Source: Octopus vulgaris (Eukaryota). From it: DNA of 64,000 nucleotides. Positions 1-14,296 of the stretch are shown here, piece after piece. The stretch lies in NCBI GenBank assembly GCA_951406725.2, contig OX597814.1, forward strand, positions 55,614,001 through 55,678,000, given 5' to 3'. The position numbers and the translations under genes were made by a program. The notes below the pieces were generated by a model, which worked only from the letters and a program-made list of their open reading frames with translations, was not told the DNA's origin and ran no database searches. Every line of letters starts with the position of its first letter. The first letter of the stretch is position 1.

Positions 1-173
1 AAGGGTTTCCAGCTGTAGAAACCTTGCCAGAACAGATTGGAGCCTGGTGCAGCCTCCTGGCTTGCAAGTCCTCAGTAAAACCATCCAACTCATGCCAGCA
101 TGTAAAGCAAATGTTAAAAGATGATGATGATGATAATATACGTTATGTGAGTGTGCTTTTGTGTGTGTGTGTG

Positions 174-220
<47 letters not shown>

Positions 221-1819
221 ATGTGTGTGTGTATGTATATATTTCTATGCACGTGTATTTATAACTATATATATATATATATATATATATTAATGCTGGT
301 TATTGTGTTGAGTCATAATAAAAACAAATCTATAATAAACTAAAGAACTACTTAATACTTTTTGTAAATATAATTTTTATTATTCTTTTACAAGAATAGT
401 GTTGGCAATGATTTCAAAGTTTCATCCTTCACAGTCTTTATCAGACTAGGCAGGGACATCTCTTTTTATCATGAGCATTATACTATAATAATGAGCTTAG
501 CTCTTCATAACAAGCATGATAAACTCCGGCTTATAGTGAACTATTACACCTGCCTCTTTACTTTTCATCAACCATTTGCAGTCTCTCTCTTCTCAAACAT
601 TCATCAATAACATCAACAAAATGTAGTTGTTCATTCTGCAAACTGATGAGCCATGAAACTTCCTTTCCTTCAATTTGCTCCTATATTATACCATAAATTT
701 TCATACTTCAATTTATTCAAATCATATTTGTCCTCATACTTTTCCGCTTTAAAATGATGCAATATATTACAAATGTGTCACACTACATACTACAAACAAC
801 GCAAATATTCAACTCATTAGCAGAAGACTATGTAATAACTTGGTCACTCAAGTTCAGGATTCATGTCAGAATTGTTGCAACTTTTAATCACAAATTGTAG
901 TCATGATTGGCAAGTAGGGTCTTTATTGGTAACACAATACAACACATTTATCAGACATTTAGTAACTATCAGTTATGAAAGTAAAACCTAAAATAGATCT
1001 CACTCTCTTTCTCCTCCTAGTTTTCTCACTTACACAAGTGCAAAGAGAAATGATATGGTAAACTTGGTGATGATATTAAAAAGAAACTGAAATTTAATAT
1101 GAGAAACATAATTATTAGGTTCTTTTAGTCTATATTGCAAGGAAAGTAATTTCCTTTCAGAATGAAAATACACTGTATTAGAAATATAGGAAAGAAGCTT
1201 TAGAAGAGCTCAGGGGAACTTTCAATGATCAAAACAAAATGAAGAGAAGATATGAAATTAGAGAAGGTAAGAAGATAGCTGAGAACAAATAATAACTAAT
1301 AGCATTGGTAGGTTTCAGATTGATCATAGAAATAGTGATAAAATTTATTTACGATGGGTTAAAATACTGAGGTCCATGAAAAGAAATATTTTATATAGAA
1401 TCATGAAAATAATAGACCCAGCTTCTATTACAAGATAATGTTTATTTAACAATGGTTTCTCATTTCACAGCAATTAAATGAAGTTTTAAAAACTAGTAGT
1501 AATAAAGGTTGCTTTGATATAAGGGAAGTTTTTAAAATAATAAAATGGTATTTAATAACATTGTCATTAATATTTTTACTTATTTTGTTGACCTCATGTG
1601 ACTGAAAGGAAAACCTTACAAAGGAAACTTGACAAAAAGCTTTTTGTGCAGCACACCTTCCATGTGCACCAAAGTAAGTACCAAACTGGCAGTAGAAATA
1701 AAAAATAGAAATACACACACCAGAAACATGCATAAAGAAAAGAGAAGGGAAGACAGAATGAAGTTAAAGAGATTGTGAAATAAGTACAGTGACGCAAAGA
1801 GAATGAGAGAGAGAGAGTT

Positions 1820-1854
<35 letters not shown>

Positions 1855-1981
1855 TAGTAAGTGAGACAAAGATAGAGAAAGATAGAAAATAAGCAACAAA
1901 GTGCAAAAAGGAGATGTCTTCATTTCTTTGATGTCTAAATTACTTTTTACTACAGCTAACCATTATTTTATTTTGAAATAC

Positions 1982-2020
<39 letters not shown>

Positions 2021-2094
2021 ACACACTCTCTCTCTCTGTCTCATTCTCTTTCTGTCACTGTACTTATTTCACAATATCTTTAACTTGAAATAGA

Positions 2095-2125
2095 ATATAT
2101 ATATATATATACATACATACATACA

Positions 2126-2161
<36 letters not shown>

Positions 2162-2508
2162 TATATATTTATATATATATATAAATTAATTATCGCCATA
2201 CTTATATGGCAGTCTTATAAATATAAGACTAAAGCTGTCGCTGATTAGCTCCAAGAGGCCACCAGCTCAAGCTAGCTATTTGACACACAATCTGCGTCCA
2301 TTATATATATATGTATGTGTATATATACAAATATATATATAAATGTATATATATATATATGTATATGTATATATATATATAATATATATATATAAATATA
2401 CATATATATATATTATATATACATTTATATATATATATATATTTATATATACAGGTTTCGCCATTATATATATATAGCACACTGGTAAATATATATACAT
2501 TTATATAT

Positions 2509-2553
<45 letters not shown>

Positions 2554-2780
2554 TTTATATATACATTTATATATATATACACATATATATATATATTTAT
2601 ATATACATTTATATATATATACACATATATATACATTTATATAAAATATATATATATATATATAAATGTATATATATATATGAATATAAATGCATGTGTA
2701 TATATATATAAATGTGTATATATATAACTGTATGTATATATATGCATATATGTAAATGTGTATATATATATATGTGTGTG

Positions 2781-2812
<32 letters not shown>

Positions 2813-3152
2813 AATATATAAATGCATATATATATATATATATATATATATAAATGTATGTATATATATATATAAATATAAATGTATGTATATATATATA
2901 TATAAATGTATATATATATATAGAAATTCGGGGTGAGTACTTGATAATTGTAAGCACCTGTATATACCGTTTGGTGGTGTAGGTGGTGGAGTAAATTAAT
3001 CAAAATAAAAACATGACGCCAAGGATTTTTGGGTACATATGTTTTGGGCCTTTATTAGACGGATTTATAATGTGTATATATATATATATATATATATAAA
3101 TGTGTGTATATATATAAATGTATGTATATATATATGCATATATGTAAATGTG

Positions 3153-3187
<35 letters not shown>

Positions 3188-3555
3188 ATATATATATATA
3201 TTTACACACACACACACACACACACATTATAAACAATAAAATGTTTTGTTGATATATATATATATATAAATATATATGTGTATATATATATAAATGTATA
3301 TATTTGTGTATATATATATAAATGTATATATAAATATATATATGCATATATATATAAATGTATATATATATATATATATATATAAATGTGTATATACATA
3401 AATGTATATATATATGTATATATATAAATGTTCTTTATAAAATTATTTTAGCATTTTCTATTTTGACTTGTTTTTTCATATAAATGTATATATATATATA
3501 TAAAAATATTTATATATATAAATGTATGTATATATATATATATATATAAATATAA

Positions 3556-3593
<38 letters not shown>

Positions 3594-3737
3594 GTATATA
3601 TATATATACATATATATATATAAATATAAATGTATGTGTGTATATATATATATATATATAAATGTGTATATATATAAATGTATGTATATATATGCATATA
3701 TGTAAATGTGTATATATATATATATGTGTGTGTGTGT

Positions 3738-3769
<32 letters not shown>

Positions 3770-3810
3770 CACACACACACACACACGCACATTATAAACA
3801 ATAAAATGTA
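2095..3810. repeat. Compound (TA)n-based satellite with TATAAATG punctuation and internal block duplications
   Basis: About 1.7 kb of (TA)n/(TG)n/(CA)n; a block ending acattataaacaataaaatg occurs at ~3070-3243 and ~3630-3808. Confidence 0.95.
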
Positions 3811-4599
3811 ATATTTAAAAGTGTAGTGAAGTATGATATATATTATTGCATATTCTATTTCTGAATGGTAATTCTACTATAAAATGTAACAGAACAAAAT
3901 TGTATAAAAATATCAAGTCAAACTCACACAAACACGCTTATTTTATTTTTTATTTTTTATATATTTATATTCATAAATACTATTTTATATATTTATATTC
4001 ACAAATACTATTTTATATATTTATATTCATAAATACTGAGGTTTTTATTTAAATAATATGATTAGCTATGATTTAAAAGTATTAACAGTACTATGTCTTC
4101 ATAAAAAACGATTTCAAAGTGAAAAATTATTGAAAACCCACTGACAAATACTGAATTCATGCTTTTTTTTGCTTACTGGCAAAATGTAATAACTATTATG
4201 CAATGAGGATTTTATATTTATCCTTCTTCAATGCTTTGTTAGATATCAATGCAAATCAACTATGGCTAAGTTCTCCGAAAAGTGAGCTAGATATGAGCTT
4301 TTTATAAAAGATAGAAATAAAGTATTCATCTGAGTTAATAGATCTCACATACCATAAGAAAGAGATACTAGACATGCTCCACCTCATTGAGTTCAGTTTC
4401 AACTTAGAATTGTTACTTGTAAATTGCAAATATATAGCAATATATGTATATGTGTGTGCAACTATAGTATACTATCAAGTATATTAAAAACTTATAAGTT
4501 AATACTTCATTCCACTTGTGTTAGCAGTGCTGTTCAAACACTTTTTAAAGTTATATCTACAGATTTTATGTTGAAAATCTAAATATATATATGTATATG

Positions 4600-4820
4600 G
4601 CTGCTGCCAGTACCGCCAGACCGGCCCTCGTGCTGGTGGCACGTAAAAGCACCCACTACACTCTTGGAGTGGTTGGTGTTGGGAAGGGCATCCAGCTGTA
4701 GAAACTCTGTCAGATCAGATTGGAGCCTGGTGCCGCCATCTGGTTCGCCAGTCTTCAGTCAAATCGTCCAACCCATGCTAGTATGGAAAGCGGACGTTAA
4801 ATGATGATGATGATGATGAT
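4600..4820 (+). mobile_element. SINE/LINE 3' end family C with (GAT)n tail
   Basis: ccagctgtagaaac...ccaacccatgctagtatggaaagcggacgttaaa(tga)n. Related pieces at 1-133 (+), 5436-5598 (-), 26270-26410 (-), 39320-39380 (-) and 15560-15735 (+). Confidence 0.8.
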
Positions 4821-5065
4821 ATATATAGTAAATATTTTGGATTAACAGGTATAATTAGATTAGTGTGTTTAAATGTTGAGTAGAGCACCGGCACAGCTTA
4901 GGCTACTTGTCATTTGCAGTCATAGTATACTTCCGTTGGCTCTACTTCAGGAACTCTGCAATGTCAGTTAGGGTAATTACAGAATAAAGTTTAATATCAA
5001 ATCCATCTTCTCATTAATTGATATGTCTGTGTGAGTGTGTGTGTGTGTGTGAGTGTGTGTATACA

Positions 5066-5362
5066 CTTTTACTTGTTTCAGTCATTTGACTGCGGCCATG
5101 CTGGAGCACCACCTTAAAAGTTGATTTAGTCAAAGAAAACAACCCCAGGACTTATTCTTTGTAAGCCAGTACTTATTCTGTCAGTCTCTTTTGCCAAACC
5201 ACTAAGTTGTGAGGATATAAACACCAACATCTATTGTCAAGCGATGAAGGTGGACACACACACATGACTGGCTTCTTTCAGTTTCCCTCTACGAAATCCA
5301 TGCAATGGAACTAAACCCAGAACTATGTGGTTGGGAAGCAAGCTTCTTAGCATATAGCCATG
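5066..5362 (-). mobile_element. SINE family A, internally deleted
   Basis: Same tail and head motifs, reversed. Confidence 0.8.
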
Positions 5363-5437
<75 letters not shown>

Positions 5438-5596
5438 TCATCATCATTATCATCGATTAACGTTCATTTTCCATGCTGGCTTCGGTTGGACGATTTAACT
5501 GAGGTCTGGAGAGCCAGCGGCTGCACCAGGCTCCAATCTGGTCTGGCAGAATTTCTATAGGTTGATGCCCTTCCTAAAACCAATCACTCTGAGAGT

Positions 5597-5630
<34 letters not shown>

Positions 5631-5803
5631 GTGTATAATATGCAATTTCTTGCAGAGCCAAGTGGAATTAAGTCTTTTGCTCAAAAACACAGGACATTAC
5701 CTGGGATGAGATTTGAAACCATGCTCTCATGATCATGAGTGCATCATCCAAATGACTAGGCTACACATACACACACACACACTAACACACACTCTCTCTC
5801 TCC

Positions 5804-5860
<57 letters not shown>

Positions 5861-5959
5861 TTGGTCTGAATTAGCTTAACAAGGAATGATGTTAAGTTTA
5901 AACTGGAGGAGGCTAAATTGATTAATCTCTGCTGAAATTATAGTACCATATTCTTTGGA

Positions 5960-6562
5960 AAGTTATTTGCATCTATCTGAAAGCAAATGAGATTTTAGAA
6001 AGCACACATGAAAACATCTGAAAACAATTGAGATTTTAGAAAGCACATATGAAGCACACTGTTACATATGCTAGGCCAACCAGTCATCATCCACTTAAAA
6101 ACAACAAATCCTTTCATTTCCCATCTTTGTCTTTCAGAACAATTTCTGCACATCATGGACTAACACTCAACAGAGCAAAAGTAACATTAGTTCACATTCA
6201 AACTCAGAACTATGTCACCAAAAGTTTTAAACGAAAGCTTGAAAGCTTCTTTCTTTTAATCCTTTCATTGCTCTTAGTTCAGTAATTCCCTTTAATTCTT
6301 CAGCTTCCCTCACATCACCACATTTCCTTTTACATCACCAACTCCTCTTCTTCTTTTCATTTCGTTTACCCCCACCTCTCTCACACATCTTATATAACTC
6401 TCCTACCATTTCCTGCCTATGTATGAAAGCTCACTTTGACTTTCATTCCCATCAGATGCAGCCAGTCACTTAAATACAGAAAATGTAAAATTCCAGTCTA
6501 GTTTATTTTTTCCCTCTTGGAGCTTAGCCTTGAAGAAGGATTTTGTCTGAAATATAAGACAC
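5960..6562 (+). mobile_element. Highly decayed PLE 3' end with hammerhead remnant
   Basis: Fragments GQPVIIHLK and FKLRTMSPKVLNE resemble the Neptune-type GIY-YIG C-terminus; pyrimidine-rich UTR; TTGAAGA-A-GGA(TTTTG)TCT-GAAA-TATA-AGAC at 6530-6560. Confidence 0.45.
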
Positions 6563-7084
6563 TCCAACCCCACTGACAATTACACAATACTATATCTGAA
6601 AATCTTCTAATATAATAAATGTGAAAACTAATTTTTGTGTGTCACACTTATACCCCCTCTCCCATGATTCAATGACACTCCTGCTATTCCCCTTGATGGG
6701 GTGAGAGTAATAGTAGCCATACAGATGGTGAGGGCAGTGGCAAAGACAGAGAGAGAGAGGAAGAAATTTAGGGAGAGTTGCTGATGTTTTATTAAAAGTA
6801 GTGTTGATGGTGGGAGTAATAATAAAAGAAAGAGAAACAGTGGGTATATGAGAGAAAGAGGAAGGTGATGTACAACTTCGTTTAACCATGTCCCTTTGAT
6901 AGAAATTCTTGTCGTGAACACATTGAACACTATCATTTTTGTTTTATTTTTTGCTTTCTTTAATACATACACACACACACACATAAAATACACTCTAATT
7001 GAAATAAAGGTTCCCAAAAATTGAACATATCTAATATAATAAATGTGTGTGTCAGTGTGTCACACTTTTTCAACTTTAAAAAAT

Positions 7085-7297
7085 CCTTTCTACTGGAAGC
7101 ACAAGGCCTCAAATTTTGGGGGAAGAGATTAAGTCAATTACATCGACTCCAGTATGTAACTGGTACTAATTTTATCGACCCTGAAAGGATGAAAGGCAAA
7201 GTCAACCTTGGCAGATTTGAACTCAAAACCTAATGGCAGACAAAGTACAGCTAAATATTTCATATAGCATGCTAACAATTCTGCCAGCTCACCACCT
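7085..7297 (-). mobile_element. SINE family B
   Basis: Reverse complement of the same family. Confidence 0.8.
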
Positions 7298-7315
7298 TAA
7301 TATAATATAATAATA

Positions 7316-7630
7316 TCTATATATATATAAAGGTGAGAATGTGTGTGTGTGTATGTCTGTCTGTGTGAATCCCTAAAACTTGAGAACTACACAACCAATT
7401 TCATTCAAATTTTACACATGCCTTACTTAGGGTCCATGTAGTGTCATAGGCCAAAAAAAATTTTTAACTTCTTGCCTAGTGCGAACCCACAGCAATATTA
7501 TATCTTCTCCACTATTACAGTATTACATGTCAAAAGTGAAACAATAACATCTCTCTATTGTAATGTCAGATACTTTCACTTTAATAGTTTCACTATTAAT
7601 ACTGAAACTATTAAAGTGAAACTATTATCT
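7316..7630 (+). mobile_element. Helitron-type non-autonomous element, 5' portion
   Basis: A|TCTATATATATATAAAGG start, (TG)n/(TCTG)n tract, then aacttgagaactacacaaccaatttcattcaaattttacac, typical of invertebrate non-autonomous Helitrons. Internal palindrome 7573-7621. No clear hairpin-plus-CTAG end. Confidence 0.6.
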
Positions 7631-7701
7631 CACATATATACAGGCATACATATATACACCCATACACACACACACACACATGCACACACATACACACACA
7701 T

Positions 7702-7766
<65 letters not shown>

Positions 7767-7767
<1 letters not shown>

Positions 7768-8110
7768 CTGCAGGTGTGGCTGTGTGGTAACAACCTTGGT
7801 TCCAAAAAAACCTGATCCTGGGTTCAGTCCCACTGTGTGGTGACTTGGCATGTGTCTTTTGCTATGGCCTCAGATCAACCAAAGCCTTGTCAGTGGATTT
7901 TGTAGACAGAAACTGAAAGAAATCAATTGTATATATATGTATGTATATATATATGTAAGTATATGTGTGTGTCTTTGTATCTGTGTTTCTCCCTCGTCAC
8001 TGCTTCCCAACTGTTGTTCGTTTATTTACATCCCCATAACTTACTGGTTTCACAAGAAGAAACTGATAGAATAACTACCAGGTTTATTAAAAAAAAAAAA
8101 ACACTGGGCA
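7767..8110 (+). mobile_element. SINE family A, diverged
   Basis: A and B boxes plus body motifs. Confidence 0.8.
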
Positions 8111-9636
8111 GTGTCTCATATTTTTGTTTGCTCACTAAGCAAAGATGAATACAGTTGTACTCTTGAAAACTGTAGGGTCACCTGAGCATTATTTGTAATT
8201 CAATGGTACAACAGTGTAACAGTTTGCTTTGACATACACTTACATTGTGATTTCTGCAAGGTGGTGCAAAAATTGTCAAGTAAATGAGAGGCATCTTTGC
8301 CTCCACTAATTCAGTTGCAAAGTGTTGAGTAAAGTTATTTGGTTGCAGACCTCCTTTCAGTCTTTTTATTATCACTGGGTCACACGTAGTCCCCAGATGG
8401 TAACATTGATTTCAAGGCCTTCCCAGATGAGTGACTGGTTATTCAAAGCCATTTATAGATAGTAAATTTATTCTGTCCAGTTACGTATCAGTATAGTGGT
8501 CATTTGCAAACTCCAGACGTGACACTCTCATTTCTCCTTAGCCCTCATGTCACACAGTTGTCAATGTTTATTTAAATTGGGTCACACCCTTCCAATTTGC
8601 TATAGATCCGTAATGCATCTTACAGCTGTGCCTGTCACCTGTATGGTGAGGAATCCCACGTGGTAACAACCAGGGTACTGTAGCTGACTGCTTATTGTGA
8701 TCGTTTGTCTTTTGGTTTCCTGTAGCTTTGCTCTCTTTTACAAACCTAGTGAACATACGTATATTTCCTATTTCAAAGAAATTCAAACAATAGATATAAG
8801 ACCCAAGTTAAAAAGATTCTCAACAATTCAACTTCTCTGGTTGACATTAAGACACCCATCCCCAATAGGCGCCTTAACTCCCACATTTTAGAGTTCCATG
8901 ACCTCCATTTTTCAGGAGCAAAATCCTTTTAACAGGTTCTATAAGACTGGAATTTTGGAATCTCCGCACAAAAATCAGTAGCATGGGATACATGTGTCAT
9001 GATTACAATTTCTTTAGGGTGTGTACAGAGGAAAAGAACCCTCATCTGCAATTTTGATGAAATTAGAATCATAGGTATTCCAGTTCATTACAAAAAATAT
9101 AACAGAAAAGTCTAATTCTTCAATTGTATGTAACACGGGCAATGCCAGGTATCTCTGCTAGTATATATACAAAATAATGACACCCATCGGTCATGAATTG
9201 AAATGGAGTTGCACCTAGAAAGTTCCCCTCTAAGGCACAAGTCCAGGTAAGTTTGTTTATGGAAGACCAGCAGTTGCCCATGCATGCCAGTTTCCCCTCT
9301 CCATGCCACCAATGTTATCCAATGGAAAGGCAAATGCTAATACAGCTTGGCACCAATGATATCGCAATTCATTCTAAGGTTGAATGAACTGGAGCAGTGA
9401 GTATCTTGCTGAAGAACAGAAAACACATCCCAATCCAGGAATTGAACTCACTACCTCATGATTGTGAGCCTGACATATATATATGCACATATATATGTAT
9501 ACATACATAAAATTGTATATACACATTCATACATATACACACAAATTTCTATAGAAGTGTATATAAATAAATATGTTTATATACATAGCTATATATACAA
9601 CTATATATACATATATATTCATATACATATACAAAA

Positions 9637-9681
<45 letters not shown>

Positions 9682-9716
9682 CATATATGTATGTGTGTGT
9701 GTGTGTGTGTGCTTAC

Positions 9717-9761
<45 letters not shown>

Positions 9762-9770
9762 GGGTATACA

Positions 9771-9811
<41 letters not shown>

Positions 9812-11201
9812 CTTTTTGTCTCTCTATTCATACATACACACAACCACATATATATACTTAACATTTGTCTCATGACTTGCATTTCAGTTTGATCTTCAAG
9901 CAAGATCTGTATTTTATTCTGTACATACTAATTTTATACACATTGGACTAGACAGTTTATCATTCTTACATTATTGTTTTCTTACATTATGTTATCATGT
10001 TATTACTTTTTTTACTATTGTTATGATTATCTATGGCTATCATTTGCGCTGGTTGATTTCTCATGTTGTTTAGTTATTTTCTTTTTAAGGTGCTGAGTTT
10101 GGTTACTACAGTGTTGTAAGCTAATAAGTTATTTGCATCACGTTGTCTCTAGTTGACTTTGTTGTTGCTTATTCCTGTGTAATATTTGTTATTTTGAATT
10201 TTGTTATATTAACTTTATTTCAGCATATGTCCTGGTGATTTTTTCAACTTGTTTGTTATACATATGTTCTGTTCCTTTGTTTATTTCTCACTTAACATTT
10301 TTTTAAGCAGCTTCTTGTTATTTTTTATTATAGTTATACAATTTGCTTTTTGCTAGTGATGGTGTTTGTAAAATGCTGATTATTGGACATAGCTTTTTTT
10401 ATTCTAAGAATTTTGAAATTGCTTTGCTTAACTGTAGATTACTCTCTGCAGTGAGGATTTCTTTTTATTTCATGTTGTTTTGAAATGCTATTCTCTGTTT
10501 GTATAAGATTCTACATGTGTATGAATGTGTACGCTCATACACACATCTACATGCTTAAACATATACATAGAACTACAGACAGAGAAGCCTCAAAATTAAG
10601 CACCATCAAAAATTGCAATGGAGGAATAGCAATGCCAACACAAAAGGAACTAAAAACCAAACTCCCCGCGAAAAGACTATATTCCCATAATCATAAAAAT
10701 ACAAAAAACGAAAACAATATACCAAACCATTAATGATCTGTAACATGCATTTTATTAAATAACAATTTTGAAAATTGCACTATCATGCATTTATCCATTG
10801 ATCATATTCTTAAAAAAACATCCAGGGACATAATTTGAACATGTATACACATGCAAACAATGCACACAAATCTATGAATGCATATATATATGAACAAATG
10901 TGTATATATGTGAACATAGACGTGAAGATATAAGTGCACTTGTGCAAAAGCATACCAGCATGTATAAATATATACATGAATGTATGTACTTGTATAGGCA
11001 TGCATATGTACATACATGAGAACAAAACATAAGTATGCATAGATGCATTCATACATATACAATTACAAAGATGTAGTAATTGTATATGTATATATAAATA
11101 TCATAAATATGTGTACACAGACATATACATAGTGTATATATATATGAGTGTATGTGTGTGATTGTGTGTGTGTGTACATTTAATGCATATATTACATATA
11201 T

Positions 11202-11253
11202 ATACTTTATTTAAAAGCAGCAGAAATATTTCTGCTGCTTTTAAATAAAGCAT
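11202..11253. repeat. About 50-bp hairpin at the start of a short insert ending in (TA)n
   Basis: ctttatttaaaagcagcagaaat|atttctgctgcttttaaataaag, with no loop. Confidence 0.8.
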
Positions 11254-11321
11254 ATTACTCTACCTATGGTATTTGAGTACTCTTTTTTCCACCTTGTTTC
11301 ACATTTATGTGCTTACTCCAG

Positions 11322-11353
<32 letters not shown>

Positions 11354-12641
11354 CACACACACAAATGTTTATATAAAGATTCCCTTTTGTCAAGAATGAC
11401 CATGGAATTGCACCTAAAAAGTTCTCTTTTGAGGCACATGTCCAAGCAAAGTTGTCTGTGGAAGACCAGCAGTTGCCCATGCATACCAGTCTTCTCTCTC
11501 CACATCAGTAATGTTGCAACTCATTTCTACAGCTGAGTGAACTGAAGCAATGTGAACTAAAATGTCACAATGCACAGCCTAGTCCAGGAATCAAACTCTA
11601 TGCCTGACACTCTAACCACTGAGACATGCACCTTCACCACATGCTTATATATATATATGCATGTACGTCAGGCCACTCTTACTATTACTGATACATGTAA
11701 CCAAGTATAATCTGTGGCACAATTGAGTCATTGGCAACTAAACCAGCAACCCTACCAAGGTTGCTTGGTTAGGGAAGTGGTTTGTTTTGCTGGACAAAAA
11801 ATAAAAAATAAAAAATAAAAAAATGAATGAAAACCTGTCAAAGGGCAAGTGAAACCAGTGGAGTCAACAGTTGGTCATCCAACAGCTGGGAACAAGAGAT
11901 CTTATTCTTTGTTTAAACAACTCTGTAGGAGAAGGAATACTATGGTACAAAACCTGCAACTTAGTTTGCATACAAACTAGTTCATTTTGAGCAAAAGCAT
12001 ATTATGTTCAGAAAATGGGATTAGCCCTGTGCAAAGCCTTTCTTAACTCTAAAATGCTTTAGTCTCAGGTAAAGTTTGATATTTTAAGATCTCGCTCAAT
12101 ATCTTGCGTACTGTGCAACAGGCAAGAGCTGAAAATGGCAAAACACTCAATGAAAAACTGCATAATGCATAAAAACATGTGTCAACAAGGGTGGTAAACT
12201 CTCTGAACACCTGCTGCAAAAGTCATTGATCATTGCTACATCTGTGCAAAATAGTGTTGGTCCTTAGTAGTACTGAAAATCTACATCTGTGTAGCACAAG
12301 TTTAAGAGAACAATCAAGCATTGGCATTACTTGAAATCAAGTTCCAGCTGTTATGCATGCATTCATGTACATATAGGTTTGGTAAAAGAAACTGGAGAAA
12401 TACAACAAAATAATGGAGTATATAAACAATTTTATAATTATTCTTAATCATCATGAAGTTAAGAATATTATTCAAAGGCAGAGAGTTTTATGTATAGTAC
12501 TTATGAAACTTACTTCAAGATGTCTGATAAGAAAAAAAACTGTGTGTGAGTGTGTGTATGTGTATGCATATATATATATATATGTATTGAAATATATTAA
12601 CTGAGGAAGGTCTTGCATAATGGGATGTATTTCCTATTGTA

Positions 12642-12856
12642 TGAGAGGGGATTGTAAAGTTTCTGGCTTTAAGGTATCATGAAAGGCCTGGCTGGAAGCC
12701 CAACCTTCTGAATTCTTTTACAAGGCTTAGAAAAGCTGAAGGACCATTGCAATAAATGTGTGAATCTAAGAGGGGGATATGTTGAGTAAAATCACAATTA
12801 ACTGATCCTCCTGTATTTTTTCTACCCAAAGCCAGGAACTTTTCAGCAACCCCTTG
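12642..12856 (+). mobile_element. Mariner-derived MITE
   Basis: TIR-like ends (GAGGGG..AAAGTTTCTGGCTTT / AAAGCCAGGAACTTTTCAGCAACCCC) and mariner C-terminus GLEKLKDHCNKCVNLRGGYVE*. Confidence 0.8.
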
Positions 12857-12930
12857 AATATTACACAGATCTGAAACATACATATTAAATGCTTTCAAAA
12901 TATCATTATTTGGTTTGACTTCATTACTAC

Positions 12931-13000
<70 letters not shown>

Positions 13001-13055
13001 GAAATAAATACCAATTGTGGATGGACACACACATACATACATACACATAAATATA

Positions 13056-14048
13056 CAGGGTGCCTCCAAAAATATGTATACACACATTGAGTGATTATAA
13101 AGTCAGTATTTGCTAAAATACATTCATTTTCATAATTTACAGTATTTAATTTCCTTCTGAACACCTGTTTGATAAAATCTCATTATTATGGTAGTGTGGA
13201 TATGCCCCTTCTTGCTGACAATAAAACCCCACACCTTCAAAGCACTCTTGAATGCTTGACATAATAGATTGTCATAGCAAGTTCAAGTAAATGGGACCAG
13301 TTACAGTATTGTCAAAAAAGAATGGTCCAGTGAATTCTTTTGATGACAAGTCACACCATACTGTAACTCCTGGTAAATTAACCTGATACAATATGCAGAT
13401 TCTTCAAGTGCTCAGAAAGTGCAACTGTAGCAATTAATTAAGCGATCTAATTAAAATATAACCTCACCCCTCCAAACAATATGTGTTGGTAAGTGAATAT
13501 CTATCTCTTACACATCTTGTCAAGATTAACCTGCAACACTCTGTTCTTCAGTCTGAATCATCTTCATTGAGAGCATGGACTATTCTTGAAACTTTTCCAA
13601 TGACAATGCTTCAAAATGCAATGAACTCTTTATTTTAAAATTGCTATCTCACAACTAGCTGGCTGAAGAGTTTCCTGAACTCTGGCAAAATATTTGTTGT
13701 ACCCTTTACCCTTTTTTGTTTTTTAGAGTTCAATGATGTCTGTGAGCTTCCAGAACATTTCTTGTCAACACTCTGAAAGTTCCATCTAATTCAAACTTAT
13801 CTCTAATTTGAGTGATGGTAAATCAAAAAGATGGAGATATTTGAAACTCCCTTCTAAATTGTCTTTATACTTCTACACCATTTTCAAACTTCCAGCAGCA
13901 TTTTATGATAAATTTCTTTTCTTCGAATCTTAGTAAGGCTCTCTTCTTTATTTCTAATGGATTAAGTCTAAAAAAAAAAAAAAATGAAAAACAAGGGAAT
14001 TATCAGCTTTTAAAGTGTTTATTCTCTAAGGTGGTGGCAGGCACCCTG
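13056..14048 (-). mobile_element. Decayed Tc1/mariner-superfamily transposon
   Basis: TIR CAGGGTGCCT / AGGCACCCTG; minus-strand fragments FEEKKFIIKCCWKFENGVEV*RQFRREF and [28 protein letters not shown]. Confidence 0.8.
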
Positions 14049-14296
14049 CATTTTGTAGGCATACAGTGAAATTGTAAAGATCTTTTAGAAAATAACTGAT
14101 AGGGAATGAGCAATGTTCCATCTTGTGTGGGAATTTTCTGCTTGTTCCCTTGTGTTTTTTTCAATTTTGGAACTTATATGTATATATATATATATTGTAC
14201 CAGCATGCACCACCCTTCTCACTCAACGTCAAGACTTGTGTAGGAAAATTTTTCTTAAGATTAATAGACAAACATTTTACACACACACACACACAT

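Noticed and set aside
639-666. CTGATGAGCCATGAAAC hammerhead-like string
   Set aside because: No credible helix II, III or I pairing; probably chance within a decayed transposase-like region.
2236-2285. GTCG-CTGATTAG...TGAC hammerhead-like fold
   Set aside because: Lacks GAAA and has G8 altered.
8160-8790. Possible Tc1-like transposase remnant (RLEFANDH) on the minus strand
   Set aside because: Too decayed; no TIRs or catalytic motifs I can confirm.
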